Shown here piece by piece: positions 36,694 to 45,735 of a stretch of 47,620 bases of DNA. The stretch's first letter is position 1. The number at the start of each line of letters is the position of its first letter. The notes under the pieces were generated by a model. It worked only from the letters and a program-made list of their open reading frames with translations. It did not search any database and had not been told where the DNA came from. The DNA lies in NCBI GenBank assembly GCA_040508835.1, contig JBEVMD010000095.1, positions 1 to 47,620 on the forward strand. The letters run 5' to 3'. This DNA is from Duganella sp. GTDB taxonomy: Bacteria > Pseudomonadota > Gammaproteobacteria > Burkholderiales > Burkholderiaceae_D. The translations under genes were made by a program, and so were the position numbers.

Positions 36694-37311
36694 TCACGCC
36701 GGCGGGACGCCGTAGTAGCCGAGGAACATGTCCACGGTCGCCTCCACCACGGTCGTCTGGGTGGCGGCGTCGAGCGGCGGCTGGCTCAGCGTGACCTGGG
36801 GCCAGAAGGCAAACGTTTTTAATTGCCCCTGCAGCATGTGCGACGCCAGGACCGGGTCCGCCGGGCGCAGCGCGCCGTCGGCCTGGGCGGCGCGCAACCA
36901 GCGCGTCATGCCTTCTTCCTTGGCGCTCAAGCGCGCCACCATCTCGTGCGCGCGTGCGGGCGAATGGATGGCCTCGGCAATGGCCACGCGCGCCAGATCG
37001 AGGAAATAGGCATCCTGCAGCATGTTCATCTTGTCCCACAGCAGTCCCAGCAATTGCTCGCGGAGCGGGCGGGCGGGGTCGTACGGCGTTTCCGTCAGCG
37101 CCGCGCTGCTGCACCACAGTTGCTGCAGGATCTGCGCGAACAGCTCGTCCTTGCTGGGAAAATGGTTGTAGACGGTGCGCTTGGAAACACCGGCCGTGGC
37201 GGCGATCTTGTCCATGCTGGTGGCTTCGAAGCCGCTGGCGCGGAACTCGGCAATGGCGGCATCGACGATGGCCTGGCGCTTGCGGTCGGTCAGTTTGAGG
37301 GGGGCGTTCAT
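36694..37311 (-). CDS. TetR/AcrR-family regulator
   Basis: GFEATSMDKIAATAGVSKRTVYNHFPSKDELF HTH. Confidence 0.93.
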   Translation of the reverse strand: MNAPLKLTDRKRQAIVDAAIAEFRASGFEATSMDKIAATAGVSKRTVYNHFPSKDELFAQILQQLWCSSAALTETPYDPARPLREQLLGLLWDKMNMLQDAYFLDLARVAIAEAIHSPARAHEMVARLSAKEEGMTRWLRAAQADGALRPADPVLASHMLQGQLKTFAFWPQVTLSQPPLDAATQTTVVEATVDMFLGYYGVPPA

Positions 37312-37321
37312 GGCTTTATTT

Positions 37322-37372
37322 TACACCGGGTAGTTTACTTATTCAAAAACTGGAACTACACTGTGTAGTGTA
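37322..37372. promoter_or_regulatory. Two candidate TetR operators
   Basis: Perfect TACACT-N4-AGTGTA at 37357-37372 and imperfect TACACC-N4-AGTTTA at 37322-37337, in the divergent spacer. Confidence 0.7.
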
Positions 37373-37395
37373 AATCCAACCGTTGAGGTAACCCC

Positions 37396-38475
37396 ATGGC
37401 CCAATCATCTGTGATCGCCGAAGCTGCTGCCAACAATCTCGATGCGCTGACCGCGCCCGGCGCCCCGCGCACGCGCGGCGGCAAATTCCGCAACCCCGCG
37501 CGCATGCAGCAGATGGGACTGCTCAAGGGCCTCAGCATCATGGTGCGCATGTTGTTCGACAAGCCGGCCGATACCGTGCCGCGCGCCGCCATACCCGTTC
37601 ACGCGATCACGCAGCAGCAGCTAGTGGCTGCTCCGGATCGCACCCTGTTCCGCCTGGGCCATTCGACCGTCTTGCTCAAGCTCGACGGCGCCTTCTGGCT
37701 GACCGACCCCGTGTTTTCGGAACGCGCCTCGCCGGTGCAGTGGGCCGGCCCGCAGCGTTTCCACCGGCCGCCGATCGACATCGCCGACCTGCCGCCCATC
37801 AAGGGCATCATCCTGTCGCACGACCATTACGACCACCTCGATTATGCCGCCGTGATGGCGCTGGCCGGCCAGACCGAACACTTCATCACGCCGCTGGGCG
37901 TGGGCGACCGCCTGATCGGCTGGGGCATTCCCGCGCACAAGGTGCGCCAGCTGGGCTGGTGGCAGAGTACGCAGGTGGACGGCGTACGGCTGCTGGCCAC
38001 GCCGGCCCAGCACTTCTCCGGCCGTGGCTTGAACGACCGCAACAAGACGCTGTGGGCGTCGTTCGTGATCGAGCACCGCGAGGCGCGGATCTTCTTTTCC
38101 GGCGACAGCGGCTACTTCGACGGCTTCAAGGAAATCGGCCGCCGCTACGGGCCGTTCGATCTGACCATGGTGGAGACGGGCGCCTACGATCCGCAATGGC
38201 CGGACGTGCACATGCAGCCGGAGGAATCGCTGCAGGCCCACATCGACCTGCGCGGCAAGGTCATGCTGCCGATACACAATGGCACGTTCGACCTGTCGCT
38301 GCATCCGTGGCACGATCCGTTTTCCCGCATCGCGCAACTGGCGGCCGAACGCCGGCTGCCGCTGGCCACGCCGGAGATCGGCATGGCGCTCGACATCATG
38401 CAGCCGATGGCGCAAGGGCAGTGGTGGGCGCCGCTGGTGCAGCAGGAAGCGGCCGCGCGCGCGCAAGCGGCGTAA
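37396..38475 (+). CDS. MBL-fold metallo-hydrolase (RomA/NAPE-PLD-like)
   Basis: LGHST, LTDPVFSERASP, SHDHYDHLD, PAQHFSGR and FFSGDSGY motifs. Confidence 0.88.
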   Translation: MAQSSVIAEAAANNLDALTAPGAPRTRGGKFRNPARMQQMGLLKGLSIMVRMLFDKPADTVPRAAIPVHAITQQQLVAAPDRTLFRLGHSTVLLKLDGAFWLTDPVFSERASPVQWAGPQRFHRPPIDIADLPPIKGIILSHDHYDHLDYAAVMALAGQTEHFITPLGVGDRLIGWGIPAHKVRQLGWWQSTQVDGVRLLATPAQHFSGRGLNDRNKTLWASFVIEHREARIFFSGDSGYFDGFKEIGRRYGPFDLTMVETGAYDPQWPDVHMQPEESLQAHIDLRGKVMLPIHNGTFDLSLHPWHDPFSRIAQLAAERRLPLATPEIGMALDIMQPMAQGQWWAPLVQQEAAARAQAA

Positions 38476-38503
38476 GGCTGCGCTCTGCGGGACAGCGCCG
38501 ACG

Positions 38504-38839
38504 TCAGGCGGCGACGTTGATGAACTTGCCGATGGTCTGACCGAGGGAATTGACCTGCGGCCGGCTGGCCGTCAATTCCGCCGGCAGGGTCTGCTCGGAC
38601 CGTGCCGGCCGTTCGATGGCGCGATTGAGGTTGATGGCGGGCGCCGGCGACGGGGCCGGCCGCGCGGCAGTACTTTCGCGCTGGCTTTGCGCCAGCGTTT
38701 CCCGATCCCTGCTCAGCTGATTCTGGCTTTGATCCAGGCGCGCAGTGTCCTGGTTGACACGCGTTTCGCCATTTTGTACCTGCCTTTCGGCACGGACTAC
38801 CGCAGATTGCAACGCGCTGACAGAAGTGACGGTAACCAC
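38504..38839 (-). CDS. Small coiled-coil hypothetical protein
   Basis: Gln-rich coiled coil, Pro/Ala linker and C-terminal GQTIGKFINVAA. GTG start with GAGGGG upstream. Confidence 0.65.
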   Translation of the reverse strand: MVTVTSVSALQSAVVRAERQVQNGETRVNQDTARLDQSQNQLSRDRETLAQSQRESTAARPAPSPAPAINLNRAIERPARSEQTLPAELTASRPQVNSLGQTIGKFINVAA

Positions 38840-39098
38840 AACGTTTTCCCCTCGAGCCTACAAAACCGGGCATGGTACTGCAGAGTTGATGACATTCAAA
38901 TAAAGATTAGGCGAGAAAAACAAAAAAGGCAAGCGGGCAATACGATTATTGGTCGGCCATGGCCCATGACGGCGCCATGCGGTCTGGCGGCCGACGGCCA
39001 GCGGTTTTTTGTTGTATTTACTGCGATTAACATCCGTTGTCGTGGCGGCAGCGTTGTCCGCGCCGCTATAATCAATGATCAACATTGAACATTACCCT

Positions 39099-40112
39099 AT
39101 GAATTTGCAGCGCCTCGCTAATTTTCTCGGTATGTCGAAGACGACCGTGAGCCGGGCATTGAACGGGTATCCCGAGGTCAACGTTAAAACCCGCGAGCGC
39201 GTGCTGCAGGCCGCCAAGGACGCCGGCTACCAGCCCAACCCCATGGCGCGCAGCCTGGCGCTGGGACGCAGCAATGTGTACGGGTTGATTTTCCCGTTGC
39301 TCACCTCGGACCTGGGCGATCCGATGTTCCTCGACGTGGTCGCGGGGATGTCCGGCGCGCTCGAACAATTCAACAAGCACCTGATTCTTGCCCCGGTGTC
39401 GCCGGGCACCGAGCAGCGCGCGTACCAGCAGATCGTGCTCGGGCGCCGCGTGGACGGCCTGGTGGTGTCGCGCACGCTGGTGCACGACGAACGCATTGCC
39501 TTCCTCACCCAGTCCAAGTTTCCGTTCATCGCCCATGGCCGTACCCAGCAAAGCGCGCCTTACGCCTGGTTCGACTACGACCACGCGGCCGGCGTGGAGC
39601 TGGCGCTGGAACGCCTGCTGGCGCTGGGCCACCGCCGCGTGGCGCTGATCAGCGCCTCGCTCGACCTGAACTTTGCGCGCGAGCGGCGCGACAGTTTTAT
39701 CGCGTCGATGGCGGCGGCCGGGCTGGCCGTCGATCCGCGCTACCTGATTGCCGACTGCAGCGACCGCCGCACGGGTCACCAGGCCATGCAGCAGTTGCTG
39801 GCCTGCTCGCCGCGCCCCAGCGCCGTCATCGTCGACAACCACATGTCCGGCGCCGGCGTGGTGCGCGCCATGCGCGACGCCGGCATCGAGATGGGCCGGG
39901 ACATGTCGGTGGTGGTGTGGGGCAGCATGGCCGATTCTCTGGCCGGCGGCAACGTCGCCACCATCGACCAGCCCGAACCGCGCAAGGCCGGCGCGCGCAT
40001 GATCGAAATGCTGCTGGCGCTGGTGAACGGCACCCCGGCCGCCGACCTGCAGGAACTGTGGCAGCCGGTGCTGTTGCCGGGCGCGACGATCGGGGTGTGC
40101 AGCGAGCACTGA
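39099..40112 (+). CDS. LacI-family regulator
   Basis: LANFLGMSKTTVSRALNG HTH, GYQPNPMARSL hinge and a sugar-binding domain. Confidence 0.92.
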   Translation: MNLQRLANFLGMSKTTVSRALNGYPEVNVKTRERVLQAAKDAGYQPNPMARSLALGRSNVYGLIFPLLTSDLGDPMFLDVVAGMSGALEQFNKHLILAPVSPGTEQRAYQQIVLGRRVDGLVVSRTLVHDERIAFLTQSKFPFIAHGRTQQSAPYAWFDYDHAAGVELALERLLALGHRRVALISASLDLNFARERRDSFIASMAAAGLAVDPRYLIADCSDRRTGHQAMQQLLACSPRPSAVIVDNHMSGAGVVRAMRDAGIEMGRDMSVVVWGSMADSLAGGNVATIDQPEPRKAGARMIEMLLALVNGTPAADLQELWQPVLLPGATIGVCSEH

Positions 40113-40121
40113 CGCGGCCGG

Positions 40122-41309
40122 TCAACCGTAGTCGGGCAGGTCGATCTTGCGCGCGTTGCGCGCAAAGCCGTTGTTGATCAAGCCGCGCAGCACAGGCGTG
40201 CTGGCCAGGCGCAGCGCGCCGTGCAGCAGCATCAAACCGATCTTCGTGTGCGGCCACAGCATGCGCGGCACGATTTTCGGGATGTCCTGGCCTTCTGCCA
40301 CGAAGGGACGCATCACCCGCTCGTACGCTGCCACTGCTGCGGTTCGATCCGCTGAACGCGCCAACTCGCCAGCGAGCACATAGCCGCCCACGATGGCCAG
40401 CGAGGTGCCGATGCCGGACAGCGGTGTCGGGCACCAGGCAGCGTCACCGGTGAGCACCACGCGTCCACTGGCCCAGCGCTTCATGTGCACCTGGCGCAGC
40501 ACGTCGAAATAAAAATCATCCACGTCTTTCATCACCGCCAGAATGCGCGGGAACTCCCAGCCGTCATGGGCAAATTTCTCGAGGATGAACCGGCGCTGTT
40601 GCTGCGGCGTCCAGTCGTTTTCGCCCGCCGGCTTTTTTTGAATGCCCAGGTAGGCCCCCAGCCTGTCATCGAGCGCAGGTTTGAGCACGGCGCCCCGGCC
40701 GTCGACCGTGTTGTACTGGCGCGCATAGGGGCTATCCGTCGGCAGGCGCGGAACGCTGAAGTAGGCGACCGTGAGGTCCATCCAGCGCACCTCGTTTTCG
40801 CCGGGGAAAACCAGTTCACGGGTGGATGAGCCGACGCCCTCGGCTACCACCACCACATCGTAGCGGGCCTGCTGGCCGCTGGCGAAGGTGACGTCTACGC
40901 CGTTGTCATCCTGCGCGATTTTTGCGATGCTGTCGCCGAAGCGAAAATGGGCCTTGTCGCTGGCTGCGTCGTAGATGATGCGGGCGATATCGCCCCGGCG
41001 GATTTCCATCTCGGCGGTCGGGCCGCTGTCGTTATCCGAATCTTTTGCTGCGAAGCGGGCGACCACGCGGTCGCTTTCGTCCACCCAGTCGGTGCCCCTT
41101 TCCTTGGTGCTGCGGGCCAGCGCCCGGTCCTCCAGCCCCATTTTGCGCAGCACTTCGCGGGCATTGCCGCGCACGTCGACGTTCTGGCCGCCGTCACGAA
41201 ACACCGGTGCGCGTTCGACGACGTCGATGTCGAAACCGGCTTTGGTCAGCCACCAGGCGGTGGTCGTGCCGGCGACACTGGCGCCGGTGATCAGGATGCG
41301 TTGAGACAT
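40122..41309 (-). CDS. FAD-dependent monooxygenase (class A-like)
   Basis: ITGASVAG, GGQNVDVRG, AEGVGS (DG-motif variant) and GDAAWCPTPLSGIGTSLA. Confidence 0.88.
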   Translation of the reverse strand: MSQRILITGASVAGTTTAWWLTKAGFDIDVVERAPVFRDGGQNVDVRGNAREVLRKMGLEDRALARSTKERGTDWVDESDRVVARFAAKDSDNDSGPTAEMEIRRGDIARIIYDAASDKAHFRFGDSIAKIAQDDNGVDVTFASGQQARYDVVVVAEGVGSSTRELVFPGENEVRWMDLTVAYFSVPRLPTDSPYARQYNTVDGRGAVLKPALDDRLGAYLGIQKKPAGENDWTPQQQRRFILEKFAHDGWEFPRILAVMKDVDDFYFDVLRQVHMKRWASGRVVLTGDAAWCPTPLSGIGTSLAIVGGYVLAGELARSADRTAAVAAYERVMRPFVAEGQDIPKIVPRMLWPHTKIGLMLLHGALRLASTPVLRGLINNGFARNARKIDLPDYG

Positions 41310-41361
41310 GATGGCTCCTCAAAAAAAGCCATCATACAGGTTTACATCACGCGTGATATAT

Positions 41362-41811
41362 CTAGGTCGTGCCGTGCTCGAGGTTGGCGATCAGGCGGTC
41401 GAGCAGGTCGACCAGTACGGACGCTTCCTGTTCCGAGAAACCTGTCACGCCCAGCGCATTCACCTTGAGCAGTACGTCGCGGCCGGTAGCGGCAGCGGCG
41501 CGGCCGGCGTCGGTCAGGCAGACGTTGGCCGCGCGCTTGTCAGTGGCGAGCATCGTGCGTTCGATCAGGGCGGCCGCTTCAAGCTTGTCGAGCAGCGCCA
41601 CCATCGCCGGCTGCTTGACCGCGGACGCGCGCACCAGATCGCGTTGCAGCATCGGGCCTTTCCAGGACAGCAGCAGCAGCGGACCGACCAGCGCGAGCGT
41701 CAGGCCATGCTTGCGCAGCTCGGCGTCGACCGTGCGGTTGAACACGCGCGCCGCATGGTTGGCGAGATAGCCAGGCGCAACCGCAGCTTCGGGATGAATG
41801 TCATTTTGCAT
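41362..41811 (-). CDS. MarR-family regulator
   Basis: APGYLANHAARVF, QRDL...KQPAMVALLDKLE and DKRA...LTDAG motifs. Start uncertain (41811 or 41847). Confidence 0.85.
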   Translation of the reverse strand: MQNDIHPEAAVAPGYLANHAARVFNRTVDAELRKHGLTLALVGPLLLLSWKGPMLQRDLVRASAVKQPAMVALLDKLEAAALIERTMLATDKRAANVCLTDAGRAAAATGRDVLLKVNALGVTGFSEQEASVLVDLLDRLIANLEHGTT

Positions 41812-41887
41812 GACCGCAGCATAGTCGAGCGGGCGCTGGTTCGACAATAGTTACTTCGGCTGCGCTGCCGTGGTGACGACCAGATGG

Positions 41888-42289
41888 TTAAGATTGCGTG
41901 GCGACAGCGTTCGCTTCGATCTCGAACAGCATGCCATCGAGCGCCAGCCGTGGCACCGGGATCAGGGTGCAGGCCGGCGGCGGGGCGTCGCCCCAGGCTG
42001 CGCGCAGCGCGGTGCTGAAGATGGCCAGCTTGGCTTGGTCGTGGTCGACGATCAGCGCGGTCACCTTGGCCACTTGCGCCAGGGTGGCGCCGGCCGCTTG
42101 CAGCGCGGCGCGCAGGTTCACCAGTGCTTGCTCTACCTGCGTGGCAAAATCCTCCGACAGCACGCCGTTGACGTCTTCGCCACCCTGGCCGGCGACATAG
42201 ACCAGCCGCGTGGGGGCGCTGGCGACGACGACGTGGGTGTAGCCGTTGGGGCGCGGGTCGTACAGGGTTGCGGGATTGATGAATTGCAT
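41888..42289 (-). CDS. RidA/YjgF/UK114-family protein
   Basis: NPATLYDP...YTHVV, VYVAGQ, PACTLIPVPRLA and FEIEA motifs; AGGAGG RBS. Confidence 0.88.
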   Translation of the reverse strand: MQFINPATLYDPRPNGYTHVVVASAPTRLVYVAGQGGEDVNGVLSEDFATQVEQALVNLRAALQAAGATLAQVAKVTALIVDHDQAKLAIFSTALRAAWGDAPPPACTLIPVPRLALDGMLFEIEANAVATQS

Positions 42290-42317
42290 GGAAGCCTCCT
42301 GGGTGATCAATCCCGCC

Positions 42318-42348
42318 AGTCTACAACCTCAATGCAAGTTGAGGTCAA
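42318..42348 (-). promoter_or_regulatory. SoxR-type (MerR-family) promoter with sox box
   Basis: Minus strand reads TTGACC-19 bp-TAGACT. The palindrome CCTCAA-N6-TTGAGG (42327-42344) matches both arms of the SoxR consensus CCTCAAGTTAACTTGAGG. Confidence 0.85.
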
Positions 42349-42354
42349 GCTGTC

Positions 42355-45300
42355 CTACATATTGCGGCGATACTGTCCTCCCACCTCGAACAGGGCCGTG
42401 GTGATCTGTCCCAGCGAGCACACGCGTACGGCGTCCATCAGCCGTTCGAACACGTTGGCGTTGTCGATGGCGGCCTGCTGCAGGGCGGCCAGCGCCTGCG
42501 GCGATGCGCTGGCGTGGCGCGCGTGGAAGTCGGCCAGGCGCTGCAGCTGCGACTGCTTTTCGTCGTCGGTGGAGCGGGCCAGTTCGATCTTCTGCGGCGC
42601 GTCGCCGGCCTTCGGGTTGCGGAAGGTGTTGACGCCGATGATGGGCAGCGTGCCGTCGTGCTTTTGCTGCTCGTACAGCATCGACTCTTCCTGGATCTTG
42701 CCGCGCTGGTAGCCCGTTTCCATCGCGCCCAGCACGCCGCCGCGCTCGGCGATGCGCTCGAACTCCTGCAGCACCGCTTCTTCCACCAGGTCGGTCAGCT
42801 CGTCGATGATGTACGCGCCCTGGCTCGGGTTCTCGTTCCTGGCCAGGCCCCATTCGCGGTTGATGATCAGCTGGATCGCCAGCGCGCGGCGCACCGAGTC
42901 GTCGGTGGGCGTGGTGATCGCCTCGTCGTACGCATTGGTATGGAGCGAATTGCAGTTGTCGTAGATGGCGATCAGCGCCTGCAGCGTGGTGCGGATGTCG
43001 TTAAAATCGATCTCCTGCGCGTGCAGCGACCGGCCCGACGTCTGCACGTGGTACTTGAGCTTTTGCGAGCGGTCGTTGGCGCCGTACTTGTCGCGCATGG
43101 CCACGGCCCAGATGCGGCGCGCCACGCGGCCCAGCACCGTGTATTCCGGGTCCATGCCGTTGGAGAAGAAGAACGACAGGTTGGGCGCAAAATCGTCGAT
43201 GTGCATGCCGCGCGCCAGGTACGCTTCCACGAACGTAAACCCGTTCGACAGCGTAAAGGCCAGCTGCGACACCGGGTTGGCGCCCGCTTCGGCGATGTGA
43301 TAGCCGGAGATCGACACCGAATAAAAATTGCGTACCTGGTGGTCCACGAAATACTGCTGGATGTCGCCCATCACCTTCAATGAAAACTCGGTGGAGAAGA
43401 TGCAGGTGTTCTGTCCCTGGTCTTCCTTGAGGATGTCCGCCTGCACCGTGCCGCGCACGTTTTGCAGCACCCACGCGCGCAGTGTTGCCGCCTCGCCGGC
43501 GTCGGGCTGGCGCCCGTGTTGGGCCGCGAATCGGTCGATCTGCTGGTCGATGGCCGTGTTCATGAACATGGCCAGAATGGTGGGCGCCGGGCCGTTGATG
43601 GTCATCGACACCGACGTGCTCGGGCTGCACAAATCAAAGCCGTCGTACAGCACCTTCATGTCGTCGAGCGTGGCGATCGATACGCCCGAGTTGCCCACCT
43701 TGCCGTAGATGTCGGGCCGCAGCGCCGGGTCGGCGCCGTACAGGGTGACCGAATCGAACGCGGTGGACAGGCGCTTGGCGTCCATGCCGGTGGAAACCAG
43801 CTTGAAACGGCGGTTGGTGCGGAAGGCGTCGCCCTCGCCGGCAAACATGCGGGTGGGGTCCTCTCCCTCGCGCTTGAACGGGAACACGCCGGCCGTGTAG
43901 GGAAACGCGCCCGGCACGTTTTCCAGCATCAGGAAGCGCAGGATCTCGCCGTGGTCCTCGAAGCGCGGCAGCGCCACCTTGCGGATGCGGGTGCCGGACA
44001 GCGTGTGCTGCACGAGGCGCGTGCGCAGTTCCTTGTCGCGGATGGTGGTGACGTAGTCGTCGCCGTCATATGCGGCCTGCAGCGCGGGCCATTGCGCCAG
44101 CAGCTTTTTGGGGCCGGCGTCCATGGCGGCATCGCGTTCATCGATTAATGCGGCGATCGCCGCGTGAATCGACGCACCAGTCGCCGCACCGGTCGCCGCA
44201 TCGATGCCGGCCGGCTGACCGGCGGCGGCCAGCATGCGTCCGGATTCGGTCAGCTGCTGGCGTTCGCGCGCCAGCGTCACTTGCCGGCGCGTGGTGCGGT
44301 GGTAGCCGCGCACGGTGTCGGCGATCTCCGCCAGGTAGCGCGCCCGCGCCGGCGGCACGATCACGTGCTTGCCGGTGGAGTGGCGCACGGTTTGAAGACC
44401 GGCGGCCGGTGCCAGCTTGCCGGCGCCGGTGCGCAGGCCGCAGCGCGCCAGCAAGGGCAAGAGGCCCTGGTACAAGGCGGTGACGCCGTCGTCGTTGAAG
44501 CGCGACGCTTGGGTGCCGTACACGGGCATCTCGTGCGGCGGCACGCTCCACAGCTCGCGGTTGCGCTGGTACTGCTTGGCGACGTCGCGCAGCGCGTCCT
44601 GCGCGCCCTTGCGGTCGAACTTGTTGATGGCGATGACGTCGGCAAAATCGAGCATGTCGATTTTTTCCAGCTGCGAGGCGGCGCCGAATTCCGGCGTCAT
44701 CACGTACAGCGACACGTCCACGTGCGGCACGATGGCCGCATCGCCCTGGCCGATGCCCGACGTCTCCACGATCACCAGGTCGAAACCGGCCACCTGGCAC
44801 GCGGCAATCACGTCGGGCAGCGCCTGCGAGATTTCGGAGCCGGCGTCGCGCGTGGCGAGCGACCGCATGAACACGCGGCTCTGCATGCCTTGGGAGCCCT
44901 GCCACGGATTGATGGCGTTCATGCGGATACGGTCGCCCAGCAGCGCGCCGCCCGACTTGCGGCGCGACGGGTCGATCGAGATCACGGCGATGTTGAGGGC
45001 GTCGCCCTGGTCGAGCCGGATGCGGCGTATCAGTTCATCGGTCAGCGACGATTTGCCGGCGCCGCCGGTGCCGGTAATGCCCAGCACGGGCACCGGCAGC
45101 GCGTGCGCTGCGGCCACCAGCTGCGCGCGCAGGGTGGGCGCCGCCCGCTCGTTTTCCAGCGCCGTGATCAGCTGCGCCAGCGGGCGGTGACGGGTGTCGA
45201 TGTCGCCCTCCTGCAGCGCGGCCAGCGACGTGGGCGCAAACTGCGACAGGTCGATATCGCATTGCTCGACCATCCAGGCGATCATGCCGGCCAGTCCCAT

Positions 45301-45714
45301 GCGCTGGCCGTCTTCGGGACTGAAGATGCGGGTGACGCCGTACGCATGCAGCTCGGCGATTTCATCGGGCACGATCACGCCGCCGCCGCCGCCGAACACC
45401 TTGATGTGGGCGCCGCCGCGCTGGCGCAGCAGGTCGATCATGTACTTGAAATATTCGACATGGCCGCCCTGGTAGCTGGAAATGGCAATGCCCTGCACAT
45501 CCTCGGCCAGGGCGGCGGTCACCACCTCGTCCACCGAGCGGTTGTGGCCCAGGTGGACCACTTCCACGCCGTTCGATTGCAGGATGCGGCGCATGATGTT
45601 GATCGACGCGTCGTGGCCGTCGAACAGCGAGGCGGCGGTCACGAAGCGTACCTTGTTGGCCAGCCGCGGCTGGTCATGGAGGCCCGCCAGTTTGGGCGTG
45701 GAGAGGTCGTTCAT
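42355..45714 (-). CDS. icmF: Fused isobutyryl-CoA mutase/G-protein chaperone
   Basis: B12-binding domain ([13 protein letters not shown]), MeaB-like GTPase ([21 protein letters not shown]) and mutase barrel ([24 protein letters not shown]) in one chain. Confidence 0.95.
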   Translation of the reverse strand: MNDLSTPKLAGLHDQPRLANKVRFVTAASLFDGHDASINIMRRILQSNGVEVVHLGHNRSVDEVVTAALAEDVQGIAISSYQGGHVEYFKYMIDLLRQRGGAHIKVFGGGGGVIVPDEIAELHAYGVTRIFSPEDGQRMGLAGMIAWMVEQCDIDLSQFAPTSLAALQEGDIDTRHRPLAQLITALENERAAPTLRAQLVAAAHALPVPVLGITGTGGAGKSSLTDELIRRIRLDQGDALNIAVISIDPSRRKSGGALLGDRIRMNAINPWQGSQGMQSRVFMRSLATRDAGSEISQALPDVIAACQVAGFDLVIVETSGIGQGDAAIVPHVDVSLYVMTPEFGAASQLEKIDMLDFADVIAINKFDRKGAQDALRDVAKQYQRNRELWSVPPHEMPVYGTQASRFNDDGVTALYQGLLPLLARCGLRTGAGKLAPAAGLQTVRHSTGKHVIVPPARARYLAEIADTVRGYHRTTRRQVTLARERQQLTESGRMLAAAGQPAGIDAATGAATGASIHAAIAALIDERDAAMDAGPKKLLAQWPALQAAYDGDDYVTTIRDKELRTRLVQHTLSGTRIRKVALPRFEDHGEILRFLMLENVPGAFPYTAGVFPFKREGEDPTRMFAGEGDAFRTNRRFKLVSTGMDAKRLSTAFDSVTLYGADPALRPDIYGKVGNSGVSIATLDDMKVLYDGFDLCSPSTSVSMTINGPAPTILAMFMNTAIDQQIDRFAAQHGRQPDAGEAATLRAWVLQNVRGTVQADILKEDQGQNTCIFSTEFSLKVMGDIQQYFVDHQVRNFYSVSISGYHIAEAGANPVSQLAFTLSNGFTFVEAYLARGMHIDDFAPNLSFFFSNGMDPEYTVLGRVARRIWAVAMRDKYGANDRSQKLKYHVQTSGRSLHAQEIDFNDIRTTLQALIAIYDNCNSLHTNAYDEAITTPTDDSVRRALAIQLIINREWGLARNENPSQGAYIIDELTDLVEEAVLQEFERIAERGGVLGAMETGYQRGKIQEESMLYEQQKHDGTLPIIGVNTFRNPKAGDAPQKIELARSTDDEKQSQLQRLADFHARHASASPQALAALQQAAIDNANVFERLMDAVRVCSLGQITTALFEVGGQYRRNM

Positions 45715-45735
45715 GGTGTCCCTTTATCGTTTTAA

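Noticed and set aside
38940-38975. Possible sigma28 promoter for the small coiled-coil gene
   Set aside because: Only a partial -10 element (GCCGACCA) and no TAAA at the required 15-bp spacing.
44173-44200. 12-bp in-frame duplication in icmF (protein sequence AATG-AATG)
   Set aside because: A small linker expansion that keeps the frame; no evidence of functional significance.
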